Positions 6,501 through 15,586 of a stretch of DNA of 20,000 nucleotides are shown here, piece after piece. Numbering within the stretch: position 1 is the stretch's first letter; every line of letters starts with the position of its first letter. The notes under the pieces were generated by a model. The model was given only the letters and a program-made list of their open reading frames with translations, did not search any database and was not told the DNA's origin. The position numbers and the translations under genes were made by a program. This DNA comes from an uncultured virus (IMG/VR IMGVR_UViG_3300021963_000096) (lineage: Duplodnaviria > Heunggongvirae > Uroviricota > Caudoviricetes), in the IMG/VR virus record IMGVR_UViG_3300021963_000096. One strand, written 5' to 3'.

Positions 6501-9007
6501 TGGCTAAAAATACTGTAGAATATTATAGCAGCAGTCTAGGTTCCGGAATTATTAATAATGCCGTATCCGAAGCTACACTTCAAGAGCTATTAAGAGCATT
6601 TGAAAATTATTCGACTAATTCCAATAGCGATGATGACGACGATGTTTCTTCAACTATCGCTAAAACTAACAAAGTATTATCGGCTACTCGTAAAGCATTT
6701 TCATCTTTAGCAGCTGGTTTAGGACACACCGCATCAGCTGGAAAAAATTTCGTAACAATGATAGCACGTGGGGAAAATAAACTCAGTGCGTATAGTAAGT
6801 TTTTAGAAGAAGACCTAATAAAAAAATTACCAATAGTCGGTGATACACTGGGAAGTTTTGCTGAATTAGTTACAACAGGAATATCTATATTTGAAGAATG
6901 GAACGACGATCTAAGAAAAGCAAACTCATACGGAGTTACGTTTGGGCATAGTATTATAGAATTCAAATTAGCTGCTGTTGAAATGGGATTGTCAACCGAT
7001 GAACTTGTTAATTTTGTAGCTAACAATCATGAAAAAATAGTTTCGTTTGGTGGCGGCACAATGACCAACGGCATGAGAGAATTTGCCAAACTATCAGGTA
7101 GGATGTTCATGGATTCTGATTACGTGTCAGATCAATTAGATTCTATGGGTTATTCTTCAGTACAACAAAATGAATTATTAGCTGATTTTTATTTTACTAC
7201 TCGACGAGGTAAACATCTACAAAGAAACAATTACGATGATACTAGCAAAGAATTTCTAAGTTATGCTATCACGTTAGACAAGTATACAAAACTAACCGGA
7301 CAAAATAGACAACAAAGACAACGAGCTACCGAAGCAGCAAGTTTAGATGTGTCGTATCAGTTGAAAGTTAACAAATTAACTGATACTGCAAGAAAAAGAA
7401 TGGACGTTGCTCTAACCGGATTCTCTATGTTATTTGGTGAACAAGGTGCCGAGTTATTCAAAGCTAGAGAACTTAATGTAACAACTGCTAATGAAGTAGC
7501 ATTGGCATTACAAACTGCTCTCGGACCCGATTTTGAAAAAGCTATAGGTAAAATGCAGGAGTTAGCTAAGTCAGGTGTTAGTGATAAGGTATTTGAAGAA
7601 ACACTTGATAGCATATTAGGAGATCAGCTGGTGCGGGCTAAAACAGCTACTACTAAATTAGAAGACCTTCTTAAAAGTTCAGCATCAAATAATCAAGATG
7701 CTCAGAAATACGCTAAGGCATTATCCCCTGTGACTGAATATCTATTAAGACAAGGGGACTCAGTAGATGGAGTTAAAGGTCAATTTTTAGCAAACATAAA
7801 AAAAATCAAAGCTGAACAACAGAAGCAAGAACAGTTTACCAACATATTGAGAAAATTTCAACGTGCTGTTATGAAAGTTTATAGATCTTTTATGAAAAAT
7901 TTAGTTCCTGTGTTTAAAGATCTAGCTAAAGAATTTAATATAGCAGCAACACCGCAAATATTGTTAGAGTTTAAAGATCAATTGATTTTTCTTGCTAAAA
8001 AAGCAATGCCATATGTTAAAAATTTCTTTGAAAACATTACAACTGAAGAAGGGTTAGATTTAATGGGAGGAACTTTTAAATCTATGTTTGAATGGTTGAG
8101 TTTGACATTAAAAGCATGGGTCAAGAAAGGCATGCAGGAATGGGCTCCGGATTGGTTAAGAAAAGTATTATTATGGATGGGAGTTTGGGACGACCCTGAA
8201 AAAATTAATCAGGCAAGTCGATCTGCCTACGACGATTTTATGTACAAACTAGAACAGCTAATTAGTCCTGGCATGAAGGTGGATAGAGCACCTCCAAGTG
8301 AAGGAGCTGATACTCGTGTACCTATAACAATTAATGGTCAAACTTTTTACGTGAGTAGAAATCAAATGGTTCGAGATTCAGAAGGTTTGTTTAGATTTTA
8401 TTCTGGACGATTCCGATCTGATCGAGCGTATATCCAATCTCGAACCCCTCAGATGGAAGCAGAAGTTTTAAAACTAAGAGAAGGTCAGGTCTCGTCCAAT
8501 GGTTTAAAAATAGCAGATGATCCTAGTGCTTTCGACGGTCTAAATCTGTTACAAAGAGAAGCATTAATGGGTTGGATGACCCAGGATGTCTTAGGAACTA
8601 GAAATTCTAATTCTAAATTTGCTCCATACTTGGCTAGTCCTGAAGCTTACAAAACCGCTGACGAATATACTAGAAATCATATTAAAAGTTTCCTTTCTAA
8701 TTCAGCGGTACAATCTCGAATAAAACAATTTAGAGAAGCATATCCTAAAACATTCGAAGGAATGAGAACAGGAACATTAGGCGTTCTTGGATCACTGTTT
8801 GGTAATTTTGGAAAAGGCACGCTAACTACATTACACGGAAATGAGGCCGTAGCTACTCCTGCTCAATTACAAAAAGTTATCGAAACCGGCGGCCAAATCT
8901 CTGTCAGAGATGTAGTAAATCGTTTAAATAGTAATATTAATCGTATGATCACTCTAGCCAAAGAAGAAGTTAATTTAGAACGATCTAAACTATATGCTAT
9001 GTCTTGA
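6500..9007 (+). CDS. Second tape-measure-like protein, paralog of the upstream gene
   Basis: Shares INNxxSEATxxxLL, KxPxVG...FEEWN...GxTFGxSI and the C-terminal GTLGxxGSLFxxFGxGT...TPxQ with ORF 3897. Coupled to it by a TAATG stop-start overlap. Confidence 0.7.
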   Translation: MAKNTVEYYSSSLGSGIINNAVSEATLQELLRAFENYSTNSNSDDDDDVSSTIAKTNKVLSATRKAFSSLAAGLGHTASAGKNFVTMIARGENKLSAYSKFLEEDLIKKLPIVGDTLGSFAELVTTGISIFEEWNDDLRKANSYGVTFGHSIIEFKLAAVEMGLSTDELVNFVANNHEKIVSFGGGTMTNGMREFAKLSGRMFMDSDYVSDQLDSMGYSSVQQNELLADFYFTTRRGKHLQRNNYDDTSKEFLSYAITLDKYTKLTGQNRQQRQRATEAASLDVSYQLKVNKLTDTARKRMDVALTGFSMLFGEQGAELFKARELNVTTANEVALALQTALGPDFEKAIGKMQELAKSGVSDKVFEETLDSILGDQLVRAKTATTKLEDLLKSSASNNQDAQKYAKALSPVTEYLLRQGDSVDGVKGQFLANIKKIKAEQQKQEQFTNILRKFQRAVMKVYRSFMKNLVPVFKDLAKEFNIAATPQILLEFKDQLIFLAKKAMPYVKNFFENITTEEGLDLMGGTFKSMFEWLSLTLKAWVKKGMQEWAPDWLRKVLLWMGVWDDPEKINQASRSAYDDFMYKLEQLISPGMKVDRAPPSEGADTRVPITINGQTFYVSRNQMVRDSEGLFRFYSGRFRSDRAYIQSRTPQMEAEVLKLREGQVSSNGLKIADDPSAFDGLNLLQREALMGWMTQDVLGTRNSNSKFAPYLASPEAYKTADEYTRNHIKSFLSNSAVQSRIKQFREAYPKTFEGMRTGTLGVLGSLFGNFGKGTLTTLHGNEAVATPAQLQKVIETGGQISVRDVVNRLNSNINRMITLAKEEVNLERSKLYAMS

Positions 9008-9022
9008 TCACTGGAGAATAAA

Positions 9023-10747
9023 TTGAGTTGGAAAAAATATTTTACCCCTGTACCAGTAGCTAGACAGCCCGGATCATTGAGTCCATTGGGCGGAGGTTCC
9101 GGCTCTCGCCCAGGCCCAGCACGTTCTAATTATTCTAGTTTTTTACCTGATGTTTACGCTGGGACACCAAATCGAGTTGAACGCTACATCCAATATGAAA
9201 CTATGGACATGGACAGCGAAGTTAATGCTGCCTTAGATATCCTAGCAGAATTCTGTACTCAAACAAATAGAGAAAATAATACCGCCTTCCAAATACTATT
9301 CAAAGGTCAGCCTACAGCAACTGAAGTTAAAATACTCAAAGATGGTTTACAAAAATGGAATAAATTTCAACAGTTTGAAACACGCATGTTCCGTATCGTC
9401 CGTAATGTATTCAAATACGGAGATGTATTTTTTATCAAAGATCCAGAGACACAAAAACTTCACTATATAGATCCTGCTAAATTAGTTAAAATCATTGTCA
9501 ACGAGAGTGAAGGCAAAAAGCCTGAGCAGTATGTGGTTCGAGATATGAATTTTAATTTCAAGAATCTCGTAGCTACTTCGATACTAGCTAATACAAATAA
9601 AACACCAGCCGGAACAGCGTCTTATGTTAGCGGCGGCTCGTTTGGTCGAGGCATGGTAGGTACAGCCCCTACACAGACTGGTACTAGATTTAGTACTACA
9701 CAAGAAGAAATCGCTATAGATTCGAAACACATAGTCCATCTCAGTCTTTCAGAAGGACTAGACAACAATTATCCGTTTGGTAATTCACTGTTAGAATCAG
9801 TATTCAAAGTCTACAAGCAGAAAGAACTGCTCGAAGATGCTATCATTATCTATCGTGTACAACGTGCTCCAGAGCGTAGAGTGTTCTATATCGATGTGGG
9901 TAACATGCCCGCACACATGGCCATGAGCTTTGTTGAGCGAGTTAAAAACGAAATCAACCAACGACGCATACCAAGCCAAACAGGCGGTGGCGCTAACATG
10001 ATTGATGCCAGTTACAATCCGTTAAGTATATCAGAAGACTATTTCTTTCCGCAGACAGCTGAAGGACGCGGATCAAAAGTAGATACTTTACCAGGTGGTA
10101 CAAACTTAGGTGAAATTGACGACTTACGCTATTTTACCAATAAATTATTCCGTGCTCTACGCATTCCTAGTAGCTATTTGCCAACAATGCCTGACGACAG
10201 TCAAGCAGCATTTACAGACGGAAAAGTAGGTACTGCTTACATACAAGAGCTACGCTTCAACGAATATTGTAAGCGATTACAGACTAATATTGTATCAGAA
10301 TTTGATCTAGAATTTAAAACTTGGTTGATCGAAACAGGCATTAATATTGATAATGCGTTATTTGAATTAAAGTTTAATCCGCCACAAAATTTCGCAGCTT
10401 ATCGTCAGAGCGAACTCGATAATGCTCGTGTACAGACATTTGCTGCCCTACAAGAAGTTCCGTTTATGAGCAAACGATTTGCTCTCAAGCGTTTCTTGGG
10501 TCTAAGCCAAGAAGAGATCACTGAAAACGAGCGTATGTGGAAAGAAGAAAACGGAACATTAGTATCAGCAGCGATGAATGCTGCTAGTGAAATGAGAAGT
10601 GTTGGAGTGACTCCTGGAGGAATATCATCAGATATGGACGCACAATCTGCTGAAGCACCAGATGATCTAGCTGCTCAAGTTGAAAATCCATCACCAGAAG
10701 GTGGCGATACAGCCGCAGCCGCTCCTACAACTCCGCCGGCAATATAA
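9023..10747 (+). CDS. gp20: Portal vertex protein
   Basis: T4 gp20 hallmark motifs LLEDAIIIYRVQRAPERRVFYIDVGNMP, EDYFFP, GRGSKVDTLPGG.NLGEIDD and LFRALRIP. TTG start with GGAG SD. Confidence 0.95.
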   Translation: MSWKKYFTPVPVARQPGSLSPLGGGSGSRPGPARSNYSSFLPDVYAGTPNRVERYIQYETMDMDSEVNAALDILAEFCTQTNRENNTAFQILFKGQPTATEVKILKDGLQKWNKFQQFETRMFRIVRNVFKYGDVFFIKDPETQKLHYIDPAKLVKIIVNESEGKKPEQYVVRDMNFNFKNLVATSILANTNKTPAGTASYVSGGSFGRGMVGTAPTQTGTRFSTTQEEIAIDSKHIVHLSLSEGLDNNYPFGNSLLESVFKVYKQKELLEDAIIIYRVQRAPERRVFYIDVGNMPAHMAMSFVERVKNEINQRRIPSQTGGGANMIDASYNPLSISEDYFFPQTAEGRGSKVDTLPGGTNLGEIDDLRYFTNKLFRALRIPSSYLPTMPDDSQAAFTDGKVGTAYIQELRFNEYCKRLQTNIVSEFDLEFKTWLIETGINIDNALFELKFNPPQNFAAYRQSELDNARVQTFAALQEVPFMSKRFALKRFLGLSQEEITENERMWKEENGTLVSAAMNAASEMRSVGVTPGGISSDMDAQSAEAPDDLAAQVENPSPEGGDTAAAAPTTPPAI

Positions 10748-10753
10748 TAAATA
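10746..10753 (+). promoter_or_regulatory. T4-type late promoter (AATAAATA)
   Basis: Overlaps the gp20 stop codon, with 5 nt between it and the ATG at 10759. Confidence 0.65.
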
Positions 10754-10758
10754 ATAGA

Positions 10759-11007
10759 ATGAAGCTTCTAGAATTTTTCTATTTCAACGACAAACATGCT
10801 GAGTACGTAGACGATAAACGCTACGAAAATCAGCGTGACAGTTCTGTTCTAAAAAAAGATGACACACGGAAAATGTCCTTAACTTTAAAACAGATTAATC
10901 AGTTAAGAAAGCAAAGCGAAGCACATCAATTTGAGCAGGCGGCCGAACTAGAATTTATACAGCAGATGTATGGACAGCCACCAGCCGCAGAAGAATCAGT
11001 CGCCTAA
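10759..11007 (+). CDS. Hypothetical protein in the head cluster
   Basis: 82-aa ORF directly behind a late promoter; helical segment DDTRKMSLTLKQINQLRK. Confidence 0.75.
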   Translation: MKLLEFFYFNDKHAEYVDDKRYENQRDSSVLKKDDTRKMSLTLKQINQLRKQSEAHQFEQAAELEFIQQMYGQPPAAEESVA

Positions 11008-11602
11008 ACGTATCGCATTTGTCCTAGGTAACGGACGCAGTAGACTGCGATTAAATCTCCCCGAATTAAAAAAATACGGAAAAATCTACGGATGTAATGC
11101 TCTGTACAGAGAATTTGAACCTGATTTTCTTGTAGCTGTAGACGAAAAAATGGTCAGAGAAATAGCCAACGCCCGCTGGCAACTTGGTAAACAGGTGTGG
11201 ACTAATCCTAATAAAAATGTTTTAAAAATAGATGGATTCCAATTTTTTAATCCGCACAAAGGTTGGAGTTCTGGCCCTACAGCACTGTGGTTAGCCAGCA
11301 CACATGGCTACGATGAGATCTATATCTGCGGTTTTGATTTTCAAGGCAGCGAAGGAAAACTAAACAATGTCTATGCCGACACACCCAATTATAGACGCAG
11401 CTACGAACCAGCTACGTATTTTGGAAATTGGGTAAATCAGACCGAAAAGGTAATAAAAGAATTTAGAAAAATTAAATACTACAGAGTTGTACAGGATAAA
11501 ACAGATTTCGTTCCGCCTATCCTCTCTTCGATAACTGAAAATCTAAGTCATGTGACCTACGATGAGATCAGAGAAGATTTACATAAGGCGGTATTTAAAT
11601 GA
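10970..11602 (+). CDS. DUF115/MptE-like (Maf / sialyltransferase-like Rossmann fold) enzyme
   Basis: Motifs AFVLGNGRS, YGCNALY, PDFLVAVD, SSGPTALWLA and YDEIYICGFDF match the GxGPS...N...D...S.G..A...G...IYL.GFD pattern. The exact start is uncertain. Confidence 0.65.
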   Translation: MDSHQPQKNQSPKRIAFVLGNGRSRLRLNLPELKKYGKIYGCNALYREFEPDFLVAVDEKMVREIANARWQLGKQVWTNPNKNVLKIDGFQFFNPHKGWSSGPTALWLASTHGYDEIYICGFDFQGSEGKLNNVYADTPNYRRSYEPATYFGNWVNQTEKVIKEFRKIKYYRVVQDKTDFVPPILSSITENLSHVTYDEIREDLHKAVFK

Positions 11603-11651
11603 TCGAAAATCTTCAAAAAACTACCATTTAATCCCGATCTTTATAATAATA

Positions 11652-11659
11652 GTTAAATA
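11652..11659 (+). promoter_or_regulatory. Probable late promoter (GTTAAATA) for the prohead core/protease/scaffold/capsid genes
   Basis: TAAATA core in the intergenic gap, with a GGAGG SD at 11683-11687. Confidence 0.6.
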
Positions 11660-11694
11660 TAACTTGACAGCCTAACCATTTTGGAGGAAAAATC

Positions 11695-12588
11695 ATGGCA
11701 GATAAAAATCAAATTGCAGCAGTGCTAGAACACTTGCTGAACAACGAACAACAAAAAGCAGAAGAATTATTCCACGAGTACGTAGTTGGTAAATCTCGTG
11801 AAATCTACGAAAATCTAATCGATTCAGAAATTGAAGAAGGTTCTGAAGAAGACCTAGATGAAACTAATGAAGACGATCTAGATGAGTCAAATGAAGACGA
11901 TCTAGACGAAAATTTTGAAGACATCGCTGCCGAAGGCGATGACGAAACTGGCGACCTTCTAGGTGATATCGAAGCTAAAGATGAAGAAGGCGACGAAGAA
12001 GGTGGTGAAGAAGGCGACGAAGAAGGTGGTGAAGAAGGCGACGAAGATGAGCCAGCAACCAAAGGCGATCTACGTGATATAGTTGACGAGCTAGAAGCTG
12101 CTTTTGCCAAGTACGCAGGCGGTGATGCTCACGCAGAGCCAGACGCAGACAACATGGGCGGCCCAAGCGATATGGATGCCGATAACCTTCCAGGTATGAT
12201 GAAAGATGATCTAAGCGATCTAGAAACAGTTCGCGAATATGTTGAAAAAGTTCCAGCAGGTCACGGCGCTGAAAAGAAAGGTGCTGGCGAAAAAGCTGAC
12301 AATACAAAATCAACCGTAGCCGGAAAAAATGATATGGGTGGTACAACTGCTAATATTCTTTCTAGCAAAGAAGACAGCGTTGCTTTAGCAGGCGCAGGCG
12401 GTACTATCAAAGGTAATGGCCTAACCAAGCAAAAACCACAAGACATGAGCACCGGCAATGTTAACGTAGTTGGAGGCACCAATACTAAGTCGTTCTACAG
12501 CAAGGACGGCAAAGGTCATGGGGCTGAGAAGAAAGGTACCGCAGAAAGTGGTGTAGATGCTACATCAATTATCCGTGGTAGCAGATAA
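11695..12588 (+). CDS. Acidic prohead core/scaffold-like protein (position of T4 gp67/gp68)
   Basis: Very Asp/Glu-rich, lies between portal and protease, has repeated LDE motifs and a strong SD. Confidence 0.7.
   Translation: MADKNQIAAVLEHLLNNEQQKAEELFHEYVVGKSREIYENLIDSEIEEGSEEDLDETNEDDLDESNEDDLDENFEDIAAEGDDETGDLLGDIEAKDEEGDEEGGEEGDEEGGEEGDEDEPATKGDLRDIVDELEAAFAKYAGGDAHAEPDADNMGGPSDMDADNLPGMMKDDLSDLETVREYVEKVPAGHGAEKKGAGEKADNTKSTVAGKNDMGGTTANILSSKEDSVALAGAGGTIKGNGLTKQKPQDMSTGNVNVVGGTNTKSFYSKDGKGHGAEKKGTAESGVDATSIIRGSR
11845..11913 (+). repeat. 24-nt imperfect coding tandem repeat x3 (E[ED]DLDExx)
   Basis: GAAGAAGACCTAGATGAAACTAAT / GAAGACGATCTAGATGAGTCAAAT / GAAGACGATCTAGACGAAAAT. Confidence 0.8.
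11983..12047 (+). repeat. Perfect 24-nt coding tandem repeat x2.7 (EEGDEEGG)
   Basis: GAAGAAGGCGACGAAGAAGGTGGT at 11983 and 12007, with a partial copy at 12031. Confidence 0.9.
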
Positions 12589-12599
12589 TCGGAACTAAT

Positions 12600-13229
12600 G
12601 TGAAAAACTATCTTAGAGAAAATCTGAGCTTCGACCAAGCACAGTTGGTCCTTGAAAGTACCGAAGATGATAAGGGCGGTAAAACTCTACACCTGAATGG
12701 TATCTGTATCCAAGGCGATATTAGAAATCAGAATCAGAGAGTTTACCCCTCCTCTGAAATCGCTAGGGCTGTCAAAACTGTCAATGATCAAATCGCTGGC
12801 GGATATTCAGTTCTCGGAGAAGTTGACCACCCCGAAGACTTACGTATTAACCTAGACCGCGTCAGCCACATGATAACCAAGATGTGGATGGACGGTCCAA
12901 ACGGTTATGGCAAATTAAAATTACTTCCGACTCCTATGGGACAATTAATTCAAACCATGTTAGAGTCTGGAGTTAAACTAGGCGTATCTAGTAGGGGTTC
13001 CGGTGATGTTGACGGGGACGGGCGTGTCAAAGGTTTTGAAATCATTACCGTTGATGTTGTTGCCCAACCTTCAGCACCTGGTGCTTATCCAACACCAGTT
13101 TATGAACATTTAATGAATACATTAGGTGGAAACAAGGCATTAAATATAGCAAAGGAAGTACAAGGCGATCCAAAGGCACAGCAATACATAGCAGAGGGCT
13201 TGGTGAGAATCATCAAGGGTCTCAAATAA
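12600..13229 (+). CDS. gp21: Prohead core protease
   Basis: NQNQRVYP, catalytic His motif LGEVDHP, catalytic Ser motif LGVSSRGSG, and DVVAQPSAP. GTG start. Confidence 0.95.
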   Translation: MKNYLRENLSFDQAQLVLESTEDDKGGKTLHLNGICIQGDIRNQNQRVYPSSEIARAVKTVNDQIAGGYSVLGEVDHPEDLRINLDRVSHMITKMWMDGPNGYGKLKLLPTPMGQLIQTMLESGVKLGVSSRGSGDVDGDGRVKGFEIITVDVVAQPSAPGAYPTPVYEHLMNTLGGNKALNIAKEVQGDPKAQQYIAEGLVRIIKGLK

Positions 13230-13245
13230 CCAGTAGGAGAATCAC

Positions 13246-14337
13246 ATGCTAGACATCGTTAAGCAATTATTTGAAAACAATGTGATTTCCGAACAAATCA
13301 AATCGGAAATTGAATCCGCTTGGTCAAGCAAAATTCAAGAAACCCGTGATCAAATGACAGCAGAGCTTCGTGAAGAGTTCGCACAAAAATACGAACACGA
13401 TAAAACTGCAATGGTCGAAGCTGTTGATAAGATGGTCGGTGATCGACTTCAAGCTGAGCTCGCTGAGCTTGCCGAAGATCGCAATCAACTTATTGAAGCT
13501 AAAACCAAATACGCTAAGAAGATGAAAGACGATTCCGAGAAAATGAAGGAATTTGTTCTACGTCAACTGGCAGCAGAACTAAAAGAACTACACGAAGATC
13601 GTAAATCTGTAGCAGAGAATGTTTCTAAACTAGAAAGTTTCATCGTAAACGCCCTAGCTAAAGAAATCGCCGAGTTCCACACTGACAAGAAAGATTTAGT
13701 AGATACTAAAGTTAAACTCGTCCGTGAGAGCAAAGAGAAATTCGCTGCTGTAAAATCAGAATTTGTCGCTAAGGCTTCTAAGCTCGTCGAAAATGTTGTT
13801 ATCACTAAGCTAACAGCAGAAATGACACAGCTCAAAGAAGACATCGAAGCTGCACGTAAAAATGATTTTGGTCGCAGAATTTTTGAATCTTTCGCAAGCG
13901 AATACGCTTCCAGCTATCTCAATGAGAAAAGCGAAACTGCTAAACTATTAAAAGTAGTTCAACAGAAGGAAGCACAACTTGAAGAAGCCTCAAAAGCTAT
14001 TCAAGAGAAAGAACAGATCGTAGAATCTAAGGATCGCGAAATCCGTGTCATACAAGACATAGCCAAGCGTGAAAAGATCATGAGCGAATTGTTAAATCCG
14101 TTAACTGGAGATAAGAAAACAGTTATGAGTCAACTTCTTGAGTCTGTACAGACTGAAAAGTTGAATACGGCATTTGACAAATATCTCCCAGCCGTTATGG
14201 CCGGCGAGGCTCCTAAAAAGAAGGCACTTACAGAAGGCAAGGAAGTAACAGGCAATAAAGAGGCTACTCAAATCAGCGGTCAGGAAAATACCGCCGATAT
14301 CATACATATCCGCAAGCTCGCGGGACTTAAAGTTTAA
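13246..14337 (+). CDS. gp22: Prohead core scaffolding protein
   Basis: Coiled-coil, Glu/Lys-rich 363-aa ORF between gp21 and gp23, with an AGGAG SD. Confidence 0.85.
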   Translation: MLDIVKQLFENNVISEQIKSEIESAWSSKIQETRDQMTAELREEFAQKYEHDKTAMVEAVDKMVGDRLQAELAELAEDRNQLIEAKTKYAKKMKDDSEKMKEFVLRQLAAELKELHEDRKSVAENVSKLESFIVNALAKEIAEFHTDKKDLVDTKVKLVRESKEKFAAVKSEFVAKASKLVENVVITKLTAEMTQLKEDIEAARKNDFGRRIFESFASEYASSYLNEKSETAKLLKVVQQKEAQLEEASKAIQEKEQIVESKDREIRVIQDIAKREKIMSELLNPLTGDKKTVMSQLLESVQTEKLNTAFDKYLPAVMAGEAPKKKALTEGKEVTGNKEATQISGQENTADIIHIRKLAGLKV

Positions 14338-14348
14338 GGAGAACTAAT

Positions 14349-15518
14349 ATGTCAGAACTACTCGAGTCACGCTGGCAGGAAACCAAAGAGGCACTTCTAG
14401 AAGGCCTACAAGGAACTCGTCGTTCAGTAATGGCCGCAACTCTTGAAAATACCCGCAAGTATTTGTCGGAGAGTGCCACTGCTGGTGCTACTTCTGCCGG
14501 TAACGTTGCAACCCTAAATCGTGTGATCCTTCCAGTGATCAGACGTGTGATGCCTACGGTCATCGCTAATGAACTCGTTGGCGTACAGCCAATGACTGGT
14601 CCAGTTGGACAAATCCACACTCTACGTGTTCGTTATTCAGAAACTAACGATAACGTAACAGCTGGTGAAGAGGCTCTAAGCCCATTCAAGATCGCTACTA
14701 GCTACTCCGGTACTGGTACTGATCCTGCTGGTAAGCCTGCTGCTACTGCTGCTCTTGAAGGAACTGCTGGTCGTAAGATGAGCATCCAAATCTTGAAGCA
14801 AACAGTTGAAGCCAAGACACGCAAATTGTCTGCTCGTTGGACATTTGAAGCTGCTCAAGATGCACAAGCCCAACAAGGCATTGACATCGAAGCAGAAATC
14901 ATGGCTGCTCTAGCACAAGAAATCACAGCTGAAATCGACCAAGAGGTTCTAGGCTCATTACGTACCTTAGCTGGTACAGCTACTGAGACTTATAACCAAG
15001 CTGCCGTTTCAGGTACTGCTACATTCGTTGGTGACGAACATGCTGCTCTAGCTGTTCAGATCAACCGTGTTGCTAACTTGATCGCTCAGCGTACACGTCG
15101 TGGTGCTGGTAACTATGCTGTTGTTTCACCATTCGCACTAACAATTCTTCAAAGTGCTACAACTTCTGCGTTCGCAAGAACAACAGAAGGTACTTTCGAA
15201 GCACCTACAAACACCAAGTTTGTTGGTACATTGAACAGTGCTATGAAAGTGTATGTTGACGCATACGCACAAGACAGCACAGCCGTTCTAATCGGCTACA
15301 AAGGTTCTAGCGAATCTGATGCTCCAGCATTCTACTGCCCATACATCCCATTGATGTCAAGCGGTGTTGTGCTTGATCCAGCAACATTTGAACCAGTCGT
15401 AAGCTTCATGACCAGATATGGTTATGTTGAGCTTACAAATACAGCTTCTTCTCTAGGTAACGCAGCTGACTACCTAGGTAAAGTTGATATTACTAGCGGT
15501 AACGTTAAGTTTAGCTAA
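14349..15518 (+). CDS. gp23: Major capsid protein
   Basis: gp23 motifs VGVQPMTGPVGQI, VEAKTRKLSARWTFEAAQD, EITAEIDQE, AFYCPYIPL, and FEPVVSFMTRYG. AAGGAG SD. Confidence 0.97.
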   Translation: MSELLESRWQETKEALLEGLQGTRRSVMAATLENTRKYLSESATAGATSAGNVATLNRVILPVIRRVMPTVIANELVGVQPMTGPVGQIHTLRVRYSETNDNVTAGEEALSPFKIATSYSGTGTDPAGKPAATAALEGTAGRKMSIQILKQTVEAKTRKLSARWTFEAAQDAQAQQGIDIEAEIMAALAQEITAEIDQEVLGSLRTLAGTATETYNQAAVSGTATFVGDEHAALAVQINRVANLIAQRTRRGAGNYAVVSPFALTILQSATTSAFARTTEGTFEAPTNTKFVGTLNSAMKVYVDAYAQDSTAVLIGYKGSSESDAPAFYCPYIPLMSSGVVLDPATFEPVVSFMTRYGYVELTNTASSLGNAADYLGKVDITSGNVKFS

Positions 15519-15543
15519 TCAAACCTTTGGTTTGTTAAACATC

Positions 15544-15567
15544 AAAAAGGCCCTTCGGGGCCTTTTT
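15544..15567 (+). terminator. Intrinsic terminator after gp23 (potentially bidirectional)
   Basis: AAAAAGGCCC-TTCG-GGGCCTTTTT: a GC stem with a cUUCGg loop and U-tracts on both strands. Confidence 0.92.
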
Positions 15568-15573
15568 GTTTGA

Positions 15574-15581
15574 CTTAAATA
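15574..15581 (+). promoter_or_regulatory. Late promoter (CTTAAATA)
   Basis: TAAATA just after the terminator, with 5 nt between it and the ATG at 15587. Confidence 0.6.
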
Positions 15582-15586
15582 TCAAC

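Noticed and set aside
11845..12047. CRISPR-like or guide array
   Set aside because: The repeats are contiguous, in-frame codon repeats of an acidic protein with no unique spacers.
15566..15586. TTG start at 15566
   Set aside because: It falls in the terminator U-tract upstream of the late promoter. ATG 15587 is preferred.
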